A model generated the notes under the pieces. It saw only the letters and a list, made by a program, of their open reading frames with translations. It ran no database searches and was not told the origin of the DNA. Positions 7,575-17,580 of a stretch of DNA of 64,000 nucleotides are shown in pieces; position 1 is the first letter of the stretch, and the number at the start of each line of letters is the position of its first letter. This DNA comes from Vulcanimicrobiota bacterium. GTDB lineage: Bacteria; Vulcanimicrobiota; Xenobia; Xenobiales; JADMJV01. The position numbers and the translations under genes are program-made. The stretch lies in the NCBI GenBank assembly GCA_050250895.1, contig JBFWNU010000001.1, positions 2,596,891 through 2,660,890 of the forward strand. The letters run 5' to 3'.

Positions 7575-8579
7575 ATGGGACTGATTAGAGGACGCGGACA
7601 GCATAGACCTATCTTCGGAGGACGACGTTTCTCGCGTCAGCGACCGGTGCAACACCAGTCGAGTCAGGTTCACCGGCCCGTGCAACAGCCTCAGGCCAAT
7701 CACACTCAGGCAGCCAACAAGCCCGCGCCGGCCACCAATACGGCCCCGGCCACTCAGAGCAAGCCAGCTCCCGCCAACAACGCGGCTCCCGCCGCTCAGA
7801 CCGCTAGTCAGCCCGCCCCTAGCACCCAGACCGGCTCGGCGGCACCGGCCAATCAGACCACCGCGCCCAAGCCTGCGGATACCTCCGGCCAGGGCTGGGG
7901 ACAGAAGCTATTCAACGGCTTCTCTAACCTGGTCGGTAGCGAGAACCTGGGCGCCATCGGCGCTGCCGGCAAATCCTTCAAGTTCAATGACACCGAGCGA
8001 CATACGGCCGAGTCGGGGTTGGCCGCTCTGCGCAAGATGGCCGGCAAAGACGGCGTTCTCACTCCTGACGACCGGGGCAACATCATCGGCCAGATGAACG
8101 GAGCCCTGACTCAGGAGAAGAACCGCCAGGTTGGCGCCATCGCCAATCAGAAGATCGCTCAGGCCAAAGCCAACCGGCCGCGCTTTCTGCAGCGGCTGGC
8201 CCCCAATGCGCCGCTGGTGTCGCGCATCGGAGCCAAGAAGAAGGCCGAAGCCATGCGCGACCCGCAGCACATGGCCACCGCTCGCAACACCGCCCTGGGC
8301 CAGCTCAGCCAGGGCATGCAGCAGATGGGCATGAACACCTCGGCCGGCGTCAACATGGGTCAGGGTCTTCGCAACGCCCAGAGCCTGCCGCCCATCAGCA
8401 TGCAAGATACGAAGAACTTCGAGCAGACCATGAAGATGGTCGAAGCCAAGGCCAAGGAGATGGGCCTGCCCGAGGGCAAGTTCAAAGAGGGCTTGTCGGT
8501 GAAGTTCCTCGAGGAAGTGCTAAAGGGAACCCCCGCCATCGGTCTGCGCCAGCATCAGCTCCACCCCTTTGGGCAGTGA
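7575..8579 (+). CDS. Hypothetical protein with Q/P/A-rich N-terminus
   Basis: SD GGAG; host-like codon usage; 334 aa. Confidence 0.75.
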   Translation: MGLIRGRGQHRPIFGGRRFSRQRPVQHQSSQVHRPVQQPQANHTQAANKPAPATNTAPATQSKPAPANNAAPAAQTASQPAPSTQTGSAAPANQTTAPKPADTSGQGWGQKLFNGFSNLVGSENLGAIGAAGKSFKFNDTERHTAESGLAALRKMAGKDGVLTPDDRGNIIGQMNGALTQEKNRQVGAIANQKIAQAKANRPRFLQRLAPNAPLVSRIGAKKKAEAMRDPQHMATARNTALGQLSQGMQQMGMNTSAGVNMGQGLRNAQSLPPISMQDTKNFEQTMKMVEAKAKEMGLPEGKFKEGLSVKFLEEVLKGTPAIGLRQHQLHPFGQ

Positions 8580-8585
8580 GTGATA

Positions 8586-8726
8586 CTAGGGGCGTTGCTC
8601 GAGTCTATCGACACGAGGCTCTAGCCGGTCGCTGCGATCGAACTTCTCTTCCAGCCTGTCGAGCTTGCAGCCCTGCTCCTCCAGGGTGTTGGTGTTTTTC
8701 TTCACCTCTGCTCTTAGCTCTTCCAT
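8586..8726 (-). CDS. 46-aa coiled-coil peptide, leaderless
   Basis: MEELRAEVKKNTNTLEEQGCKLDRLEEKFDRSDRLEPRVDRLEQRP; TTGTCG-17-TATGCT ends 6 nt before ATG. Confidence 0.45.
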   Translation of the reverse strand: MEELRAEVKKNTNTLEEQGCKLDRLEEKFDRSDRLEPRVDRLEQRP

Positions 8727-8800
8727 TGGACCAGCATACGGCAATCGTGACATCTCGACAAGAAGACAAACATTCGCCGCTTCATCTCGGGTTGTCTACG

Positions 8801-9493
8801 TCAGGCCATGTCCAGCGGCACGATGCGCGCTGTTGGGATCCGCGCGTCGACGATGGCTCGGGCCAGGTTGAACCAGGCGGCGGCCCGGTCCAGGATGGCG
8901 CTATCGGCGCTGGCAATCATGGCTGCGCAATCAGCCAGGAGGGGATCGGGGTCAGGGACCAGTTCGACCGTCCACGGCCAGCCTCGCTGGTCAGCCAGTT
9001 CGCGCACCAGAGCGGCCAGGCGTCCGCTGTTGGAGACGGGTTGATCGAATAACCAGTGAGCCTCGGTGGGGCCCGTGAACTCACCCACCAGAACCACCGC
9101 CTGGGCTGTCTCGTCGACCCGGCGGTAGGTCCCGTGCAGGCTGGCCATGTCGCGATAACAGCCATCTTGGGCTGCCAGGATGAAGCCTCCAGCCAGAGCC
9201 GCCTCGAGGGTGGTCAGCAGGTTGAAGCCGTCGATCCACAGACGAGAAGCGAGCCTGGTGCACTGGCGAGATAGGCGGGCCGCTCGCTCCTGCTCGGAAC
9301 AGGTGCAGCGGCTCACCGCGATGCGCTGGCGCTCGCGCAGTTGATGGTGGTCGCCCACGAGCTTGAGGGCCGACTTGCGAGCATAGCCGCGGCTCAAAAG
9401 CCAGCTGAGTTCGGCGGTGGCCGCCTGGAGCTCGGGCCAGGTCGAGGGGGCGAAGAGTTCTTCGTCCTCAGGGTGAGGCCCCCGGTGCCTCAT
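8801..9493 (-). CDS. DUF434 domain protein
   Basis: LSWLLSRGY...ALKLVGDHHQL...IDGFNLL...DMAS...PVSNSG. Confidence 0.8.
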   Translation of the reverse strand: MRHRGPHPEDEELFAPSTWPELQAATAELSWLLSRGYARKSALKLVGDHHQLRERQRIAVSRCTCSEQERAARLSRQCTRLASRLWIDGFNLLTTLEAALAGGFILAAQDGCYRDMASLHGTYRRVDETAQAVVLVGEFTGPTEAHWLFDQPVSNSGRLAALVRELADQRGWPWTVELVPDPDPLLADCAAMIASADSAILDRAAAWFNLARAIVDARIPTARIVPLDMA

Positions 9494-10866
9494 TCGATAT
9501 AGACCGGATTGGAAAGGCCCAGAATGCGATCGTGGGCCAGAATCTCTTCCGGGGTCATCCCGAACGGCAGCCCGGTGGTGGCATGGTACTGGCGGACCAG
9601 CCCGGAATAGGCGTGGTCTTCGGCCACCGGGATGAACAGCTCCAGGCGCACGAAATCCTGACCCCTCAGCACGAAGGGCTGGTCCTGAGCTTTGCCCTGC
9701 ATGACCACGCCCTGGCTATCGACCACTCGGAGTTGGCATTCGCCGGCCCCGATCAGCTTGATTTCAAGCGGCGTTCCCCCGGGTAGGGTTTGGCCGGTGA
9801 CCACTTTGCCCTCGTGCTCGAAGTAGGCCATCGGGCCGTTGGGGCCCTCCGAGATGGAGGCTCCTCCGGCTTTGAGGGCGGCCAGAATGTCGGCTTCGGC
9901 GTTGCTTTGAGCATAGACCCAGGTGGTGGGGCCGCCCAGCTGCAGGAGGGGGTGGTCGGGGTCGGGCAGGGGCGGCTGATGGCGATCGCTGCCTCCCACC
10001 GCCGGGAGGCGACGTCCTGCACACAAGAGCTTGTGCCACAGCTCGAGCGAAACCCAGTTGCGGGTGGCCCAGGGCAAGTTCCAGACCTCGATGCAGTCGA
10101 CATCGTCCCAGTAGTCGTATTTCCAGTCGTCGTGAATCGGCTTGGGGTGGTTGACCACCCGCAGGGCACCGCCCTGGCGGGCGCTGGCCAGAGCCTGCTT
10201 GAGGCCCTCGAGATCGTCGAAGCGAAAGTCGATCCACTGGCCCGTGCCCAGGGCGTTGAAGTGACCTTTGTAGGTGGTCACCTCCTGGCCCAGGATCAGG
10301 GTCAGGCCCCAATCGCCCCTCATCTCGAGGTGGTGGGCGATAGTGTTGTGGTCGGTCACGGCCAGAAAATCGAGTTGCTTCTGGCGGGCCATCTGCAACA
10401 GTTCGTCGAGACTCCCCAGGGCATCGGAGTGGTGGGTGTGGCAGTGCAGGTCGCCCTTGAGCCAGCCCGGCCCTCGGCGGGGATTGTCCAGGTCAGGAGA
10501 CTGCGAACCGAGCCGGCGGCGGTCTTCGTCGCTGGCCCGAATCGAGAGGTGGACGGTGGTGGGCTCGCTCACCTGATAGCGGCCTAACAGAATCTTCCAG
10601 CGGCCGGCCTCGAGGGGCCCGGCCAGATAGCCGGGTGTGGCCGAAGAGGTGGCCACGTAGAACTCTTCCCGAGCCGCCCCGCTCCAGCCGCGAAAGCCCC
10701 GCAGACTGGGATAGTCGGTCAGTTCGGGTCCGCCCAGACCGATGTCGACCCGAGCCTGACCCTCGGCATAGTAGCTCACTTCGAGGCAGCGCACGCCATC
10801 GGGCAGGTCGATGGGAACCTCCACGAAGGCGGGCCCCTCGGGACGCAATTCTACTTCCAATTCCAT
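9490..10866 (-). CDS. PHP-fold metallohydrolase (CehA/McbA-like)
   Basis: GDLHCHTHHSD, VTDHN, VNHP, GGSDRH. Confidence 0.85.
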   Translation of the reverse strand: MELEVELRPEGPAFVEVPIDLPDGVRCLEVSYYAEGQARVDIGLGGPELTDYPSLRGFRGWSGAAREEFYVATSSATPGYLAGPLEAGRWKILLGRYQVSEPTTVHLSIRASDEDRRRLGSQSPDLDNPRRGPGWLKGDLHCHTHHSDALGSLDELLQMARQKQLDFLAVTDHNTIAHHLEMRGDWGLTLILGQEVTTYKGHFNALGTGQWIDFRFDDLEGLKQALASARQGGALRVVNHPKPIHDDWKYDYWDDVDCIEVWNLPWATRNWVSLELWHKLLCAGRRLPAVGGSDRHQPPLPDPDHPLLQLGGPTTWVYAQSNAEADILAALKAGGASISEGPNGPMAYFEHEGKVVTGQTLPGGTPLEIKLIGAGECQLRVVDSQGVVMQGKAQDQPFVLRGQDFVRLELFIPVAEDHAYSGLVRQYHATTGLPFGMTPEEILAHDRILGLSNPVYIE

Positions 10867-10993
10867 TCTTAGCACGGGTGCCCACTTTGGCGCCCCGAGG
10901 CGGGCATCCTTTGGCGAGAGGTTCACAGTTCGGTGACAAATCGTTCATCTGGGCGGCATAGATTTGGGAGCAACTTCGAAAGGACTCTTCGTC

Positions 10994-13219
10994 ATGATTT
11001 CACGCCTCAACAGCCAGCCCATCCTGCCCGCCAGCCGCCCCGCCACCGCTCCCGCGGCGGCCGAGGCCAGCGCCGAGCCCGCCGACCAGGCGGCCATCAG
11101 CTCGGGTCGGGTCGACCTGGCGGCCGTGCTTAAAGCTACCGCTCGCGAAGCCGCTTCGCTCGAGCAGAAGCTGCCGGCCCACATGCCCGGCGAGTTGCTG
11201 GTGAAAACGCCTTCCGGCATGGCCCTCGAGAGCATCGAGCTGCTGGCCGCTGACTATGGCGCTACCGTCATCGAGAAGTTCCAGGTGCCCGACAAGATGA
11301 AGGCGGCCTTCGGAGGCGAATTGGTCCAGCTCAAGCTGCCCGCCAACCTCAGCGTGGCCCAGGCCATGGCCGCCATGAACAAAGACGAGCGCGTCGTCTA
11401 TGCCGAGTGCAACGCCAAGCGCGAATTGCTGGCCAACCCGGTCACTCCAAACGACCTCGACCCCGCTCTCTGGGGCCTCAACAACACCGGCCAGAACGGC
11501 GGCACGGCCGACGCCGACATCGACGCTCCCGAAGCCTGGGCTCTGACCCATGGCTCGCGTTCGGGCCCGGTCATCGCCGTCATCGACACCGGCGTCGACT
11601 ACAATCACCAGGACCTGGCCGCCAACGTCTGGACCAATCCTAACGAGATCGCCGGCGACGGCATCGACAACGACGGCAACGGGGTGGTTGACGACGTGCA
11701 CGGCTACAATGCCGCCGACAACTCGGGCAACCCCCTCGATGACAACAGCCACGGCAGCCACTGTTCGGGCACCATCGGAGCCGTCGGCAACGACGAGCAC
11801 GGTGTGGTCGGCGTCAACTGGGAAGCCCAGATCATGGGCGTGAAGTTCCTTTCGGCCACCGGCGGTGGCTCGGTAGCCGACGTGGTCAAGAGCGTGTTCT
11901 ACGCCACCCAGAACGGCGCCCGTATCACCTCCAACTCGTACGGCGGCGGAGCTGCCGAGGCCGAACGCGAGGCCTTTGCCGCCTCGCCGCTCCTGCACAT
12001 CTGCGCGGCCGGCAACGAGTCGAGCGACAACGACCGGCGCGGCTCCTTCCCGGCCACCTACGACCTGCCCAACATCGTCTCGGTGGCGGCCACCGACCGC
12101 AACGACGCCCTGGCCCGCTTCTCGAACTGGGGCGCCACCACGGTCGACCTGGCCGCCCCCGGCGTCGACATCAAATCGACCGTGCCCGGCGGTGGCTACG
12201 ACAGCTACAGCGGCACCTCGATGGCCACCCCGCATGTGGCCGGTGTGGCCGGCCTCATCGCCACCCTCTATCCCGACGCCACCAACGACCAGATCAAGGC
12301 TCGCTTGATGAACGGCACCGACAAGAAGCCCAACCTGGCTGGCAAGATGGTCAGCGGCGGTCGCCTCAACGCCTATAACGCCCTCGAGAACGACCAGGTC
12401 GCTCCCGGCGCTCCCAACGACTTCCGCCAGGCTAGCGCCAACAGCCGCGGCGTGACCCTGAGTTGGACCGCCACCGGCGACGACGGCTGGTGCGGCGGGG
12501 CTCCTAACGGTTACGAACTGCGCGTGTCGGATCGTCCCATCGTCGACGGCGAGGCCCAGCAGGGCGAAGTGTCGTTCGACCAGGCGACCCCGGTAGCCAC
12601 GGCTGCCCCGGCCGAGACCGGAACCATCGAGCAGGCTGGCGTCAGCCTGGTGCCCTCGGGCTCCGAGCGCACTCTCTATTTCGCCCTCAAGGTGACCGAC
12701 AATGTCGGCAACGCCTCCGAGATTCGCACCACCAGCGCCGCCGTGCCGGCCGCCGCCGTGTCGTTCGAAGACGACATGTCCCAGGCCAACGACAACTGGG
12801 CCGCCCAGTCGGGCTGGGCCCGGGTCGAGGTCGATGGCCGTCACGCCTACACCGACAGCCCCAACGGGCAGTATGGCAACGACGCCAACACCTCGTTGAC
12901 CTCCAAGACCCTATCGCTGGCCAACTCGACCGGCTCGACCCTGATCTTCGACTCGAAGTTCGATCTCGAGTCGGGCTATGACTACATCAACATCGAGGTG
13001 GCCGAGATCGTGCCTCCGGCCCAGGGCCAGCCCCCGGCCGAACCGGTCTTCACCAGCCTGCAGCGCTTCGACGGCGCCTCGGATTGGGCCACCCGCACGC
13101 TCGACCTGTCGGCTTATGACGGCAAAGAAGTGCAACTGCGTTTCCGCCTGACCAGCGACTCGAGCCAGACCCGCGATGGGTTCTATCTGGGCAAAGTGGT
13201 CATCGCCGGCGACAACTAG
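10994..13219 (+). CDS. S8 subtilisin-like serine protease with FN3-like and beta-sandwich C-terminal domains
   Basis: VIDTG, HGSHCSG, GTSMATPHVAG catalytic triad motifs; no Sec signal. Confidence 0.93.
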   Translation: MISRLNSQPILPASRPATAPAAAEASAEPADQAAISSGRVDLAAVLKATAREAASLEQKLPAHMPGELLVKTPSGMALESIELLAADYGATVIEKFQVPDKMKAAFGGELVQLKLPANLSVAQAMAAMNKDERVVYAECNAKRELLANPVTPNDLDPALWGLNNTGQNGGTADADIDAPEAWALTHGSRSGPVIAVIDTGVDYNHQDLAANVWTNPNEIAGDGIDNDGNGVVDDVHGYNAADNSGNPLDDNSHGSHCSGTIGAVGNDEHGVVGVNWEAQIMGVKFLSATGGGSVADVVKSVFYATQNGARITSNSYGGGAAEAEREAFAASPLLHICAAGNESSDNDRRGSFPATYDLPNIVSVAATDRNDALARFSNWGATTVDLAAPGVDIKSTVPGGGYDSYSGTSMATPHVAGVAGLIATLYPDATNDQIKARLMNGTDKKPNLAGKMVSGGRLNAYNALENDQVAPGAPNDFRQASANSRGVTLSWTATGDDGWCGGAPNGYELRVSDRPIVDGEAQQGEVSFDQATPVATAAPAETGTIEQAGVSLVPSGSERTLYFALKVTDNVGNASEIRTTSAAVPAAAVSFEDDMSQANDNWAAQSGWARVEVDGRHAYTDSPNGQYGNDANTSLTSKTLSLANSTGSTLIFDSKFDLESGYDYINIEVAEIVPPAQGQPPAEPVFTSLQRFDGASDWATRTLDLSAYDGKEVQLRFRLTSDSSQTRDGFYLGKVVIAGDN

Positions 13220-13294
13220 GGCAGCTTCGCTGCGAAAAGGAGCGGCTGCGCCGAGAGTTCGCCTTCGGCGACAAGTGGCGGCGCTCCGCGCCGA

Positions 13295-13326
13295 GAAGGG
13301 CGGCCTGGGCCGCCCCTTTCTTTTTG
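13295..13326 (+). terminator. Intrinsic terminator
   Basis: GGGCGGCC-TG-GGCCGCCC followed by T-rich tail between convergent genes. Confidence 0.65.
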
Positions 13327-13331
13327 GCTGT

Positions 13332-13727
13332 CTACTTTAACTCGCGTAGGACGGCGGCGTCGGTTTGCAGGCGGAAGGTGGTCTCGCTGCCAGCGATGTC
13401 GCGTTGGTAGAGGCCGTGGGTGAACAGGCCCAGCCCTACCGTGGTGGTGGCGATCGAGGCAACCTGCAAGGGTAGGGGGTTGTTGAGCAGGCTCGAGGCC
13501 ACCGTGCCGGTCAGGCCGGCGATGAGAGTGCCCAGGCCGATCTTGGCCCGCTGGTGGCCGCGGGCGGCCTGGTGTCGATAGGCCGCAAGTTGCTCTTGCA
13601 CCCGGGCTAGTTCGGCGTCGACCCGGTCCACCCGGTCCTGGCCCTGCAGGCTGGCCAGTTCCGTGTAGGGCACTTCGCGATAAGGCTGGGGTCGCACGGT
13701 AGTTTGGTTGGCAGGCGTGAGTCTCAT
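13332..13727 (-). CDS. Hypothetical two-TM protein
   Basis: Coiled coil followed by a hydrophobic hairpin; TATCAT 6 nt before ATG. Confidence 0.65.
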   Translation of the reverse strand: MRLTPANQTTVRPQPYREVPYTELASLQGQDRVDRVDAELARVQEQLAAYRHQAARGHQRAKIGLGTLIAGLTGTVASSLLNNPLPLQVASIATTTVGLGLFTHGLYQRDIAGSETTFRLQTDAAVLRELK

Positions 13728-13811
13728 AACCCGATGATAGAGATCGAGCCTGAAGAAAACCTAAACCTCCGTCCCAGGCGGGAAATCGAACGCGACGCCG
13801 AAGATTACCCT

Positions 13812-14060
13812 ATGTCGGATCTTCACGAACCTACACCTTGCCCTGGCTGCGGGCGAGTGATGCGGTCCAACCTGCGAGAGTGCGCCTTTTGCGGCGCCAT
13901 GATTCGTCAGGACCTGCCGCCGGTCGACCCTGACTTTGAAGAGCTAGCCAAAGCCAAGAATTCTCCCATCTTTCGCTTTATCGTGTGGGCCTTCGGCGCC
14001 ATTCTGGTGGTGGCCGTGGTGGGCAGCATTCTGCTCAACTTCTCGGTCATCTTCCAGTAG
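13812..14060 (+). CDS. Small zinc-ribbon membrane protein
   Basis: CPGC...CAFC plus C-terminal TM. Confidence 0.65.
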   Translation: MSDLHEPTPCPGCGRVMRSNLRECAFCGAMIRQDLPPVDPDFEELAKAKNSPIFRFIVWAFGAILVVAVVGSILLNFSVIFQ

Positions 14061-14903
14061 CTACAGGGCCGTGTAGCGCCGGCCTTGCTCGAGACTGAGC
14101 GGAGCGTTGGCGCCGGCTACCGCAAATCTCAGGGGCAGCGATTCGCGCAGCCTGCCGCTTTTGGCTTTGAACACCATGAAGTGCAGGTGGGGCCCGCCGC
14201 TGTAGCCACTGTTGCCCGAGTATCCCAGCAGGTCTCCCACCTCGACTACCGTGCCCGGCTTGACCGCCACGCCTCCCGCCTTGAGGTGGAAATACTCGGC
14301 CACCGTGTCGTCTTCATGCTGTACGAACACGTAGTTGCCGCCGATCTCCTTGCCCAGGGCAGCATAGCGAAAGTCGTCTTCGGTATCGACCACCACCCCG
14401 GCTCGGGCGGCCAACACCGGCGTGCCGATGGGCATGTCGAAGTCGACGGCGTGGAAAGACTCGCCGGAATGGCTGAACTCGCCTCCAGGCCCCTGGCTGA
14501 CCCCGAAGGTCTTACCCGAGGCAAAAGGCAGATGATAGATGCAGTCCGGGTCGTGATGGGCGGTCAAGGAGCCCCACACCCAATGGTAGTCGACCGAGAT
14601 CTGGTGCCCCGGCGCGGTCTTCCAGAGACGGGCCACACAAACGGTGGTGGCTCCGGGAATCACGCGCTCCAGTGGCAATTGCTCTTCGGGAGCCAGGTGG
14701 TGGACGATCCTCCAGTCAAACGAGGCGGTCACCATCACGCCATAGCGATTGTCGACGATGACTTCCACAAACCGGTCCGACTCGACCACTTCCACATCGC
14801 AGTGGATGTGCCGCTTGACGGGGCGCTTCTTCTCTTTTTGCGCGATGTAGACGAGCCAGGCGGTGACACCCAGCAAAACCCATTCCAACACGGCCCGCTC
14901 CAC
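14061..14903 (-). CDS. M23 family metallopeptidase
   Basis: HAVDF, YFHL, GNSGYSGGPHLHF; N-terminal TM. Confidence 0.9.
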   Translation of the reverse strand: MERAVLEWVLLGVTAWLVYIAQKEKKRPVKRHIHCDVEVVESDRFVEVIVDNRYGVMVTASFDWRIVHHLAPEEQLPLERVIPGATTVCVARLWKTAPGHQISVDYHWVWGSLTAHHDPDCIYHLPFASGKTFGVSQGPGGEFSHSGESFHAVDFDMPIGTPVLAARAGVVVDTEDDFRYAALGKEIGGNYVFVQHEDDTVAEYFHLKAGGVAVKPGTVVEVGDLLGYSGNSGYSGGPHLHFMVFKAKSGRLRESLPLRFAVAGANAPLSLEQGRRYTAL

Positions 14904-14953
14904 GTCCCCGCAGGCTCATTCTCTACCTGAGGCTGGCCTGCCTTTTCGTGGGT

Positions 14954-15808
14954 TTAAGAGAAACTGTCGCTCTGGTTGAGTTCCTGGAGGGCGCTGGCCA
15001 GCGAAGCGTGCTGGCGCTCGATGGCTTTCATCGAGGTCTCGGCTTCGGGAAAATGCTGGCCCTTCTCGCGTCGCTTTTCGATGGTGCTACGAATCAGCTG
15101 CAGAGCGGCCCCGATCGAGCTGGCCCCCTCGGTGACCAGACCCTTGGTCCAGTCAAAAGCGAAGCGTCCGACCTCGAGGTGACCGATGGGCGAGAGAGCG
15201 TTTGGGTCGCGCGTGGCCGCCGCCATCTGCAGTTCGGGAGTCAAGAAATTGAGACCGCTCTTGTCCTGCAACTCGCTCGGGTCGACCAGGGTCGAAGCCT
15301 TGTGAATTCCCTGATTGAGGCGATTCATGCCGGTCATCAACGAGACCATCGGGCGCAGCATGCCGGCCAGGCTCGAGGCGGTGGTGAGCACGCCACGGAT
15401 GGCGGCCATCAGAGCGCCCTGGTCGGCCTGGCTGGCGATGGCTTTAGCCAGGTCTTTCATGGCCTTGCGGAAGTTGCGGAAATACTTGGCCACCTTCTTG
15501 TTGAGCTTGCGCATCAGGTGGATCAGGGTGTTCTTGCCTTTGGTGTTCCAGTGATAGGTGTCGTGCTGGCGGTCCAGGCGGTTCTGCAGATCGTGCTGTT
15601 TATCTTGATAGGCGCGGCGTTCGCCTTCGCTCGGCTCGGCCGTGGTGCGCAAAGCAAAATGCAAACGGTCGCTGGTGCGCAGGCGGGCCCAGCGCTCCCC
15701 CGGTCGCACAGGCCGGGAGTGGGGCGCAGCGGGCCGAAAGTCGGCCGTCTGGCACAGGGTCGGCAGGTGAGCCGCGAAGAGTCTTTCTTGAACCGCCAGG
15801 GCTTGCAT
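14954..15808 (-). CDS. Hypothetical helical protein
   Basis: 284-aa ORF, SD AAGGA, host codon usage. Confidence 0.65.
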   Translation of the reverse strand: MQALAVQERLFAAHLPTLCQTADFRPAAPHSRPVRPGERWARLRTSDRLHFALRTTAEPSEGERRAYQDKQHDLQNRLDRQHDTYHWNTKGKNTLIHLMRKLNKKVAKYFRNFRKAMKDLAKAIASQADQGALMAAIRGVLTTASSLAGMLRPMVSLMTGMNRLNQGIHKASTLVDPSELQDKSGLNFLTPELQMAAATRDPNALSPIGHLEVGRFAFDWTKGLVTEGASSIGAALQLIRSTIEKRREKGQHFPEAETSMKAIERQHASLASALQELNQSDSFS

Positions 15809-15900
15809 GCTTATCCTTCACGGCCGTCCTTCGGAGGGTCAACCCGAGCAACAAAGGTTTAACATTGACAACATTTTGGATCCTGTCTAATATTGGTGTC

Positions 15901-16473
15901 ATGACAAGCCATTACCTGGTGGTGGATCTCGAGGCCACCTGTTGTGACCAGCGTTCTATCCCCCGCAGTCAGACCGAGATCATCGAGATTGGGGCGGTCA
16001 TGGTCAAGACCGGCAGCTGGAAAGCCCTCGACGAGTTTCAAGCATTTGTCAAGCCGAAGCTTCATCCCCGGCTCACCGACTTCTGCCTCGAATTGACCGG
16101 CATCACCCAGGCTCAGGTGGATGGGGGTCGACCTTTTTCCGAGGTTTTGCAAGCCCTGGTCGAGTGGGCCGAGGGCTTTCCCGACTATCTGTTTTGCTCG
16201 TGGGGCAACTACGACAAGCATCAGTTCGATCAGGACTGCACCCAGCATGGGCTGGCCATGCCGTTTGCCAACCATTGCAATCTCAAAGGCGCGTTTGCGG
16301 CCCAGCGAGGGCTGCGGCGCGGCGTGGGCATGAAGGGTGCCCTGGGCATGTGCGGCCTCGAGCTAAAAGGGCAACATCATCGGGGTATCGACGACGCGCG
16401 CAACATCGCTCGTCTGGTGCCCTATGCCCTGGGGCTTACTGACCCATGCGCTGGTTCAGCAGCTGGCCCATGA
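15901..16473 (+). CDS. DEDDh 3'-5' exonuclease (ERI-1/KapD-like)
   Basis: VVDLEATC, EIIEIGAV, WGNYD, HHRGIDDARN. Confidence 0.9.
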   Translation: MTSHYLVVDLEATCCDQRSIPRSQTEIIEIGAVMVKTGSWKALDEFQAFVKPKLHPRLTDFCLELTGITQAQVDGGRPFSEVLQALVEWAEGFPDYLFCSWGNYDKHQFDQDCTQHGLAMPFANHCNLKGAFAAQRGLRRGVGMKGALGMCGLELKGQHHRGIDDARNIARLVPYALGLTDPCAGSAAGP

Positions 16474-17569
16474 TATAGGGCGAGGGCTTGATGAAGGTGT
16501 CCTTGTTCTTGACGAACGCCTGGGGCGGCAGCTGGTCGCTCTGGGTGCCGATGCCGTCCATCTTCTTGACGGCCGTGCCCAGCGCCATGAACTCGATGAT
16601 GCCGCCGCCCAGCTGCGAGATGTAGGTCTTGATACCGACCACGTCATCGGCCCCGCAGGCATCGGCCTCTTTGGCCAAACGGACGATGGCGTTCTCGCGG
16701 GCGTCGTAAATGAGGGTGGTGAGCTGATCGATCTCGCCCCGCTTGAACGACTGAAAGAAGCTGCTCACGCCGCCCACCAGGCCCAGCGAATAAACCGACA
16801 CGCCCAGCACCAGACGCAGCGGCATGTAGCCGGCTTTGATGATGTTCCACATCTCTTGATTGGTCAGATCGCTGGTGATGGGCTCGTTGTCGTACTGCTC
16901 GGGCAAGGCCGGGTGGCGCGAGGCGGTGCCGATCATGACCATCTCTTGCATGCCCATCAAAGGCAACAGGGTGGTCTGGATGCCAACCACGGCGTTGGCG
17001 CCGGCCGACTTGGCCTCGGCGGTAATGCGCTCGAGGGCCAGATGTCGGGTTTGATTGAAGACATCGGAGTATTCCTTGACTTCGCCGCGACCGAGGCTTC
17101 GCACCAGACCGCCGATGCCACCGCCGATGCCGATCGAGTAGGCCACGTTGCCGAAGGCGAACTTGATCGGCTCAAAGCCGGCGTCCATCTGGCAGAACAG
17201 CTCTTGACCGTCGGCCGAGCTCGAGAAGTGCAAGTTGTCGTCGCCTTGGCGACGTACGCAAGAACCCACCGACAAGAACTCGATATTGCCGCCGTGCCAG
17301 ACCAGTTCGTTGGTCACGCCGGTCACGCCCACGCCGCCGCGCTGGCGGGCTTCGGTGACCAGTCGCTCGTAGGCGCGCTGGCGGCCGTCGTGAATGACAT
17401 CGGTGACCTGGGTGACCTCGCCCCCCACCAGAGTGCGGACCGAGGCGGTGATGCCACCGATAAAGCCCATCGAATACACACTATTGCCGATGACCAGATC
17501 GCCAGGCGTCAGCCCCACCCGGTCAAGGCAATAGATCTCGTTGCCAGATAACCCCGTTACAATAGACAT
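16436..17569 (-). CDS. YbjQ/UPF0145 heavy-metal-binding protein, three tandem domains
   Basis: Three repeats of GE(V/I)xxx(T/S)...R..A..R...EA...GA..VVG. Confidence 0.8.
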   Translation of the reverse strand: MSIVTGLSGNEIYCLDRVGLTPGDLVIGNSVYSMGFIGGITASVRTLVGGEVTQVTDVIHDGRQRAYERLVTEARQRGGVGVTGVTNELVWHGGNIEFLSVGSCVRRQGDDNLHFSSSADGQELFCQMDAGFEPIKFAFGNVAYSIGIGGGIGGLVRSLGRGEVKEYSDVFNQTRHLALERITAEAKSAGANAVVGIQTTLLPLMGMQEMVMIGTASRHPALPEQYDNEPITSDLTNQEMWNIIKAGYMPLRLVLGVSVYSLGLVGGVSSFFQSFKRGEIDQLTTLIYDARENAIVRLAKEADACGADDVVGIKTYISQLGGGIIEFMALGTAVKKMDGIGTQSDQLPPQAFVKNKDTFIKPSPYIMGQLLNQRMGQ

Positions 17570-17580
17570 TGAGCGGACTT

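Noticed and set aside
11000-12844. Long antisense ORFs (also 21148-22875 +, 45751-47304 -, 57097-59199 part of the + ORF, 25333-26391 +)
   Set aside because: Shadow frames of high-GC genes with strong codon bias; no recognisable motifs
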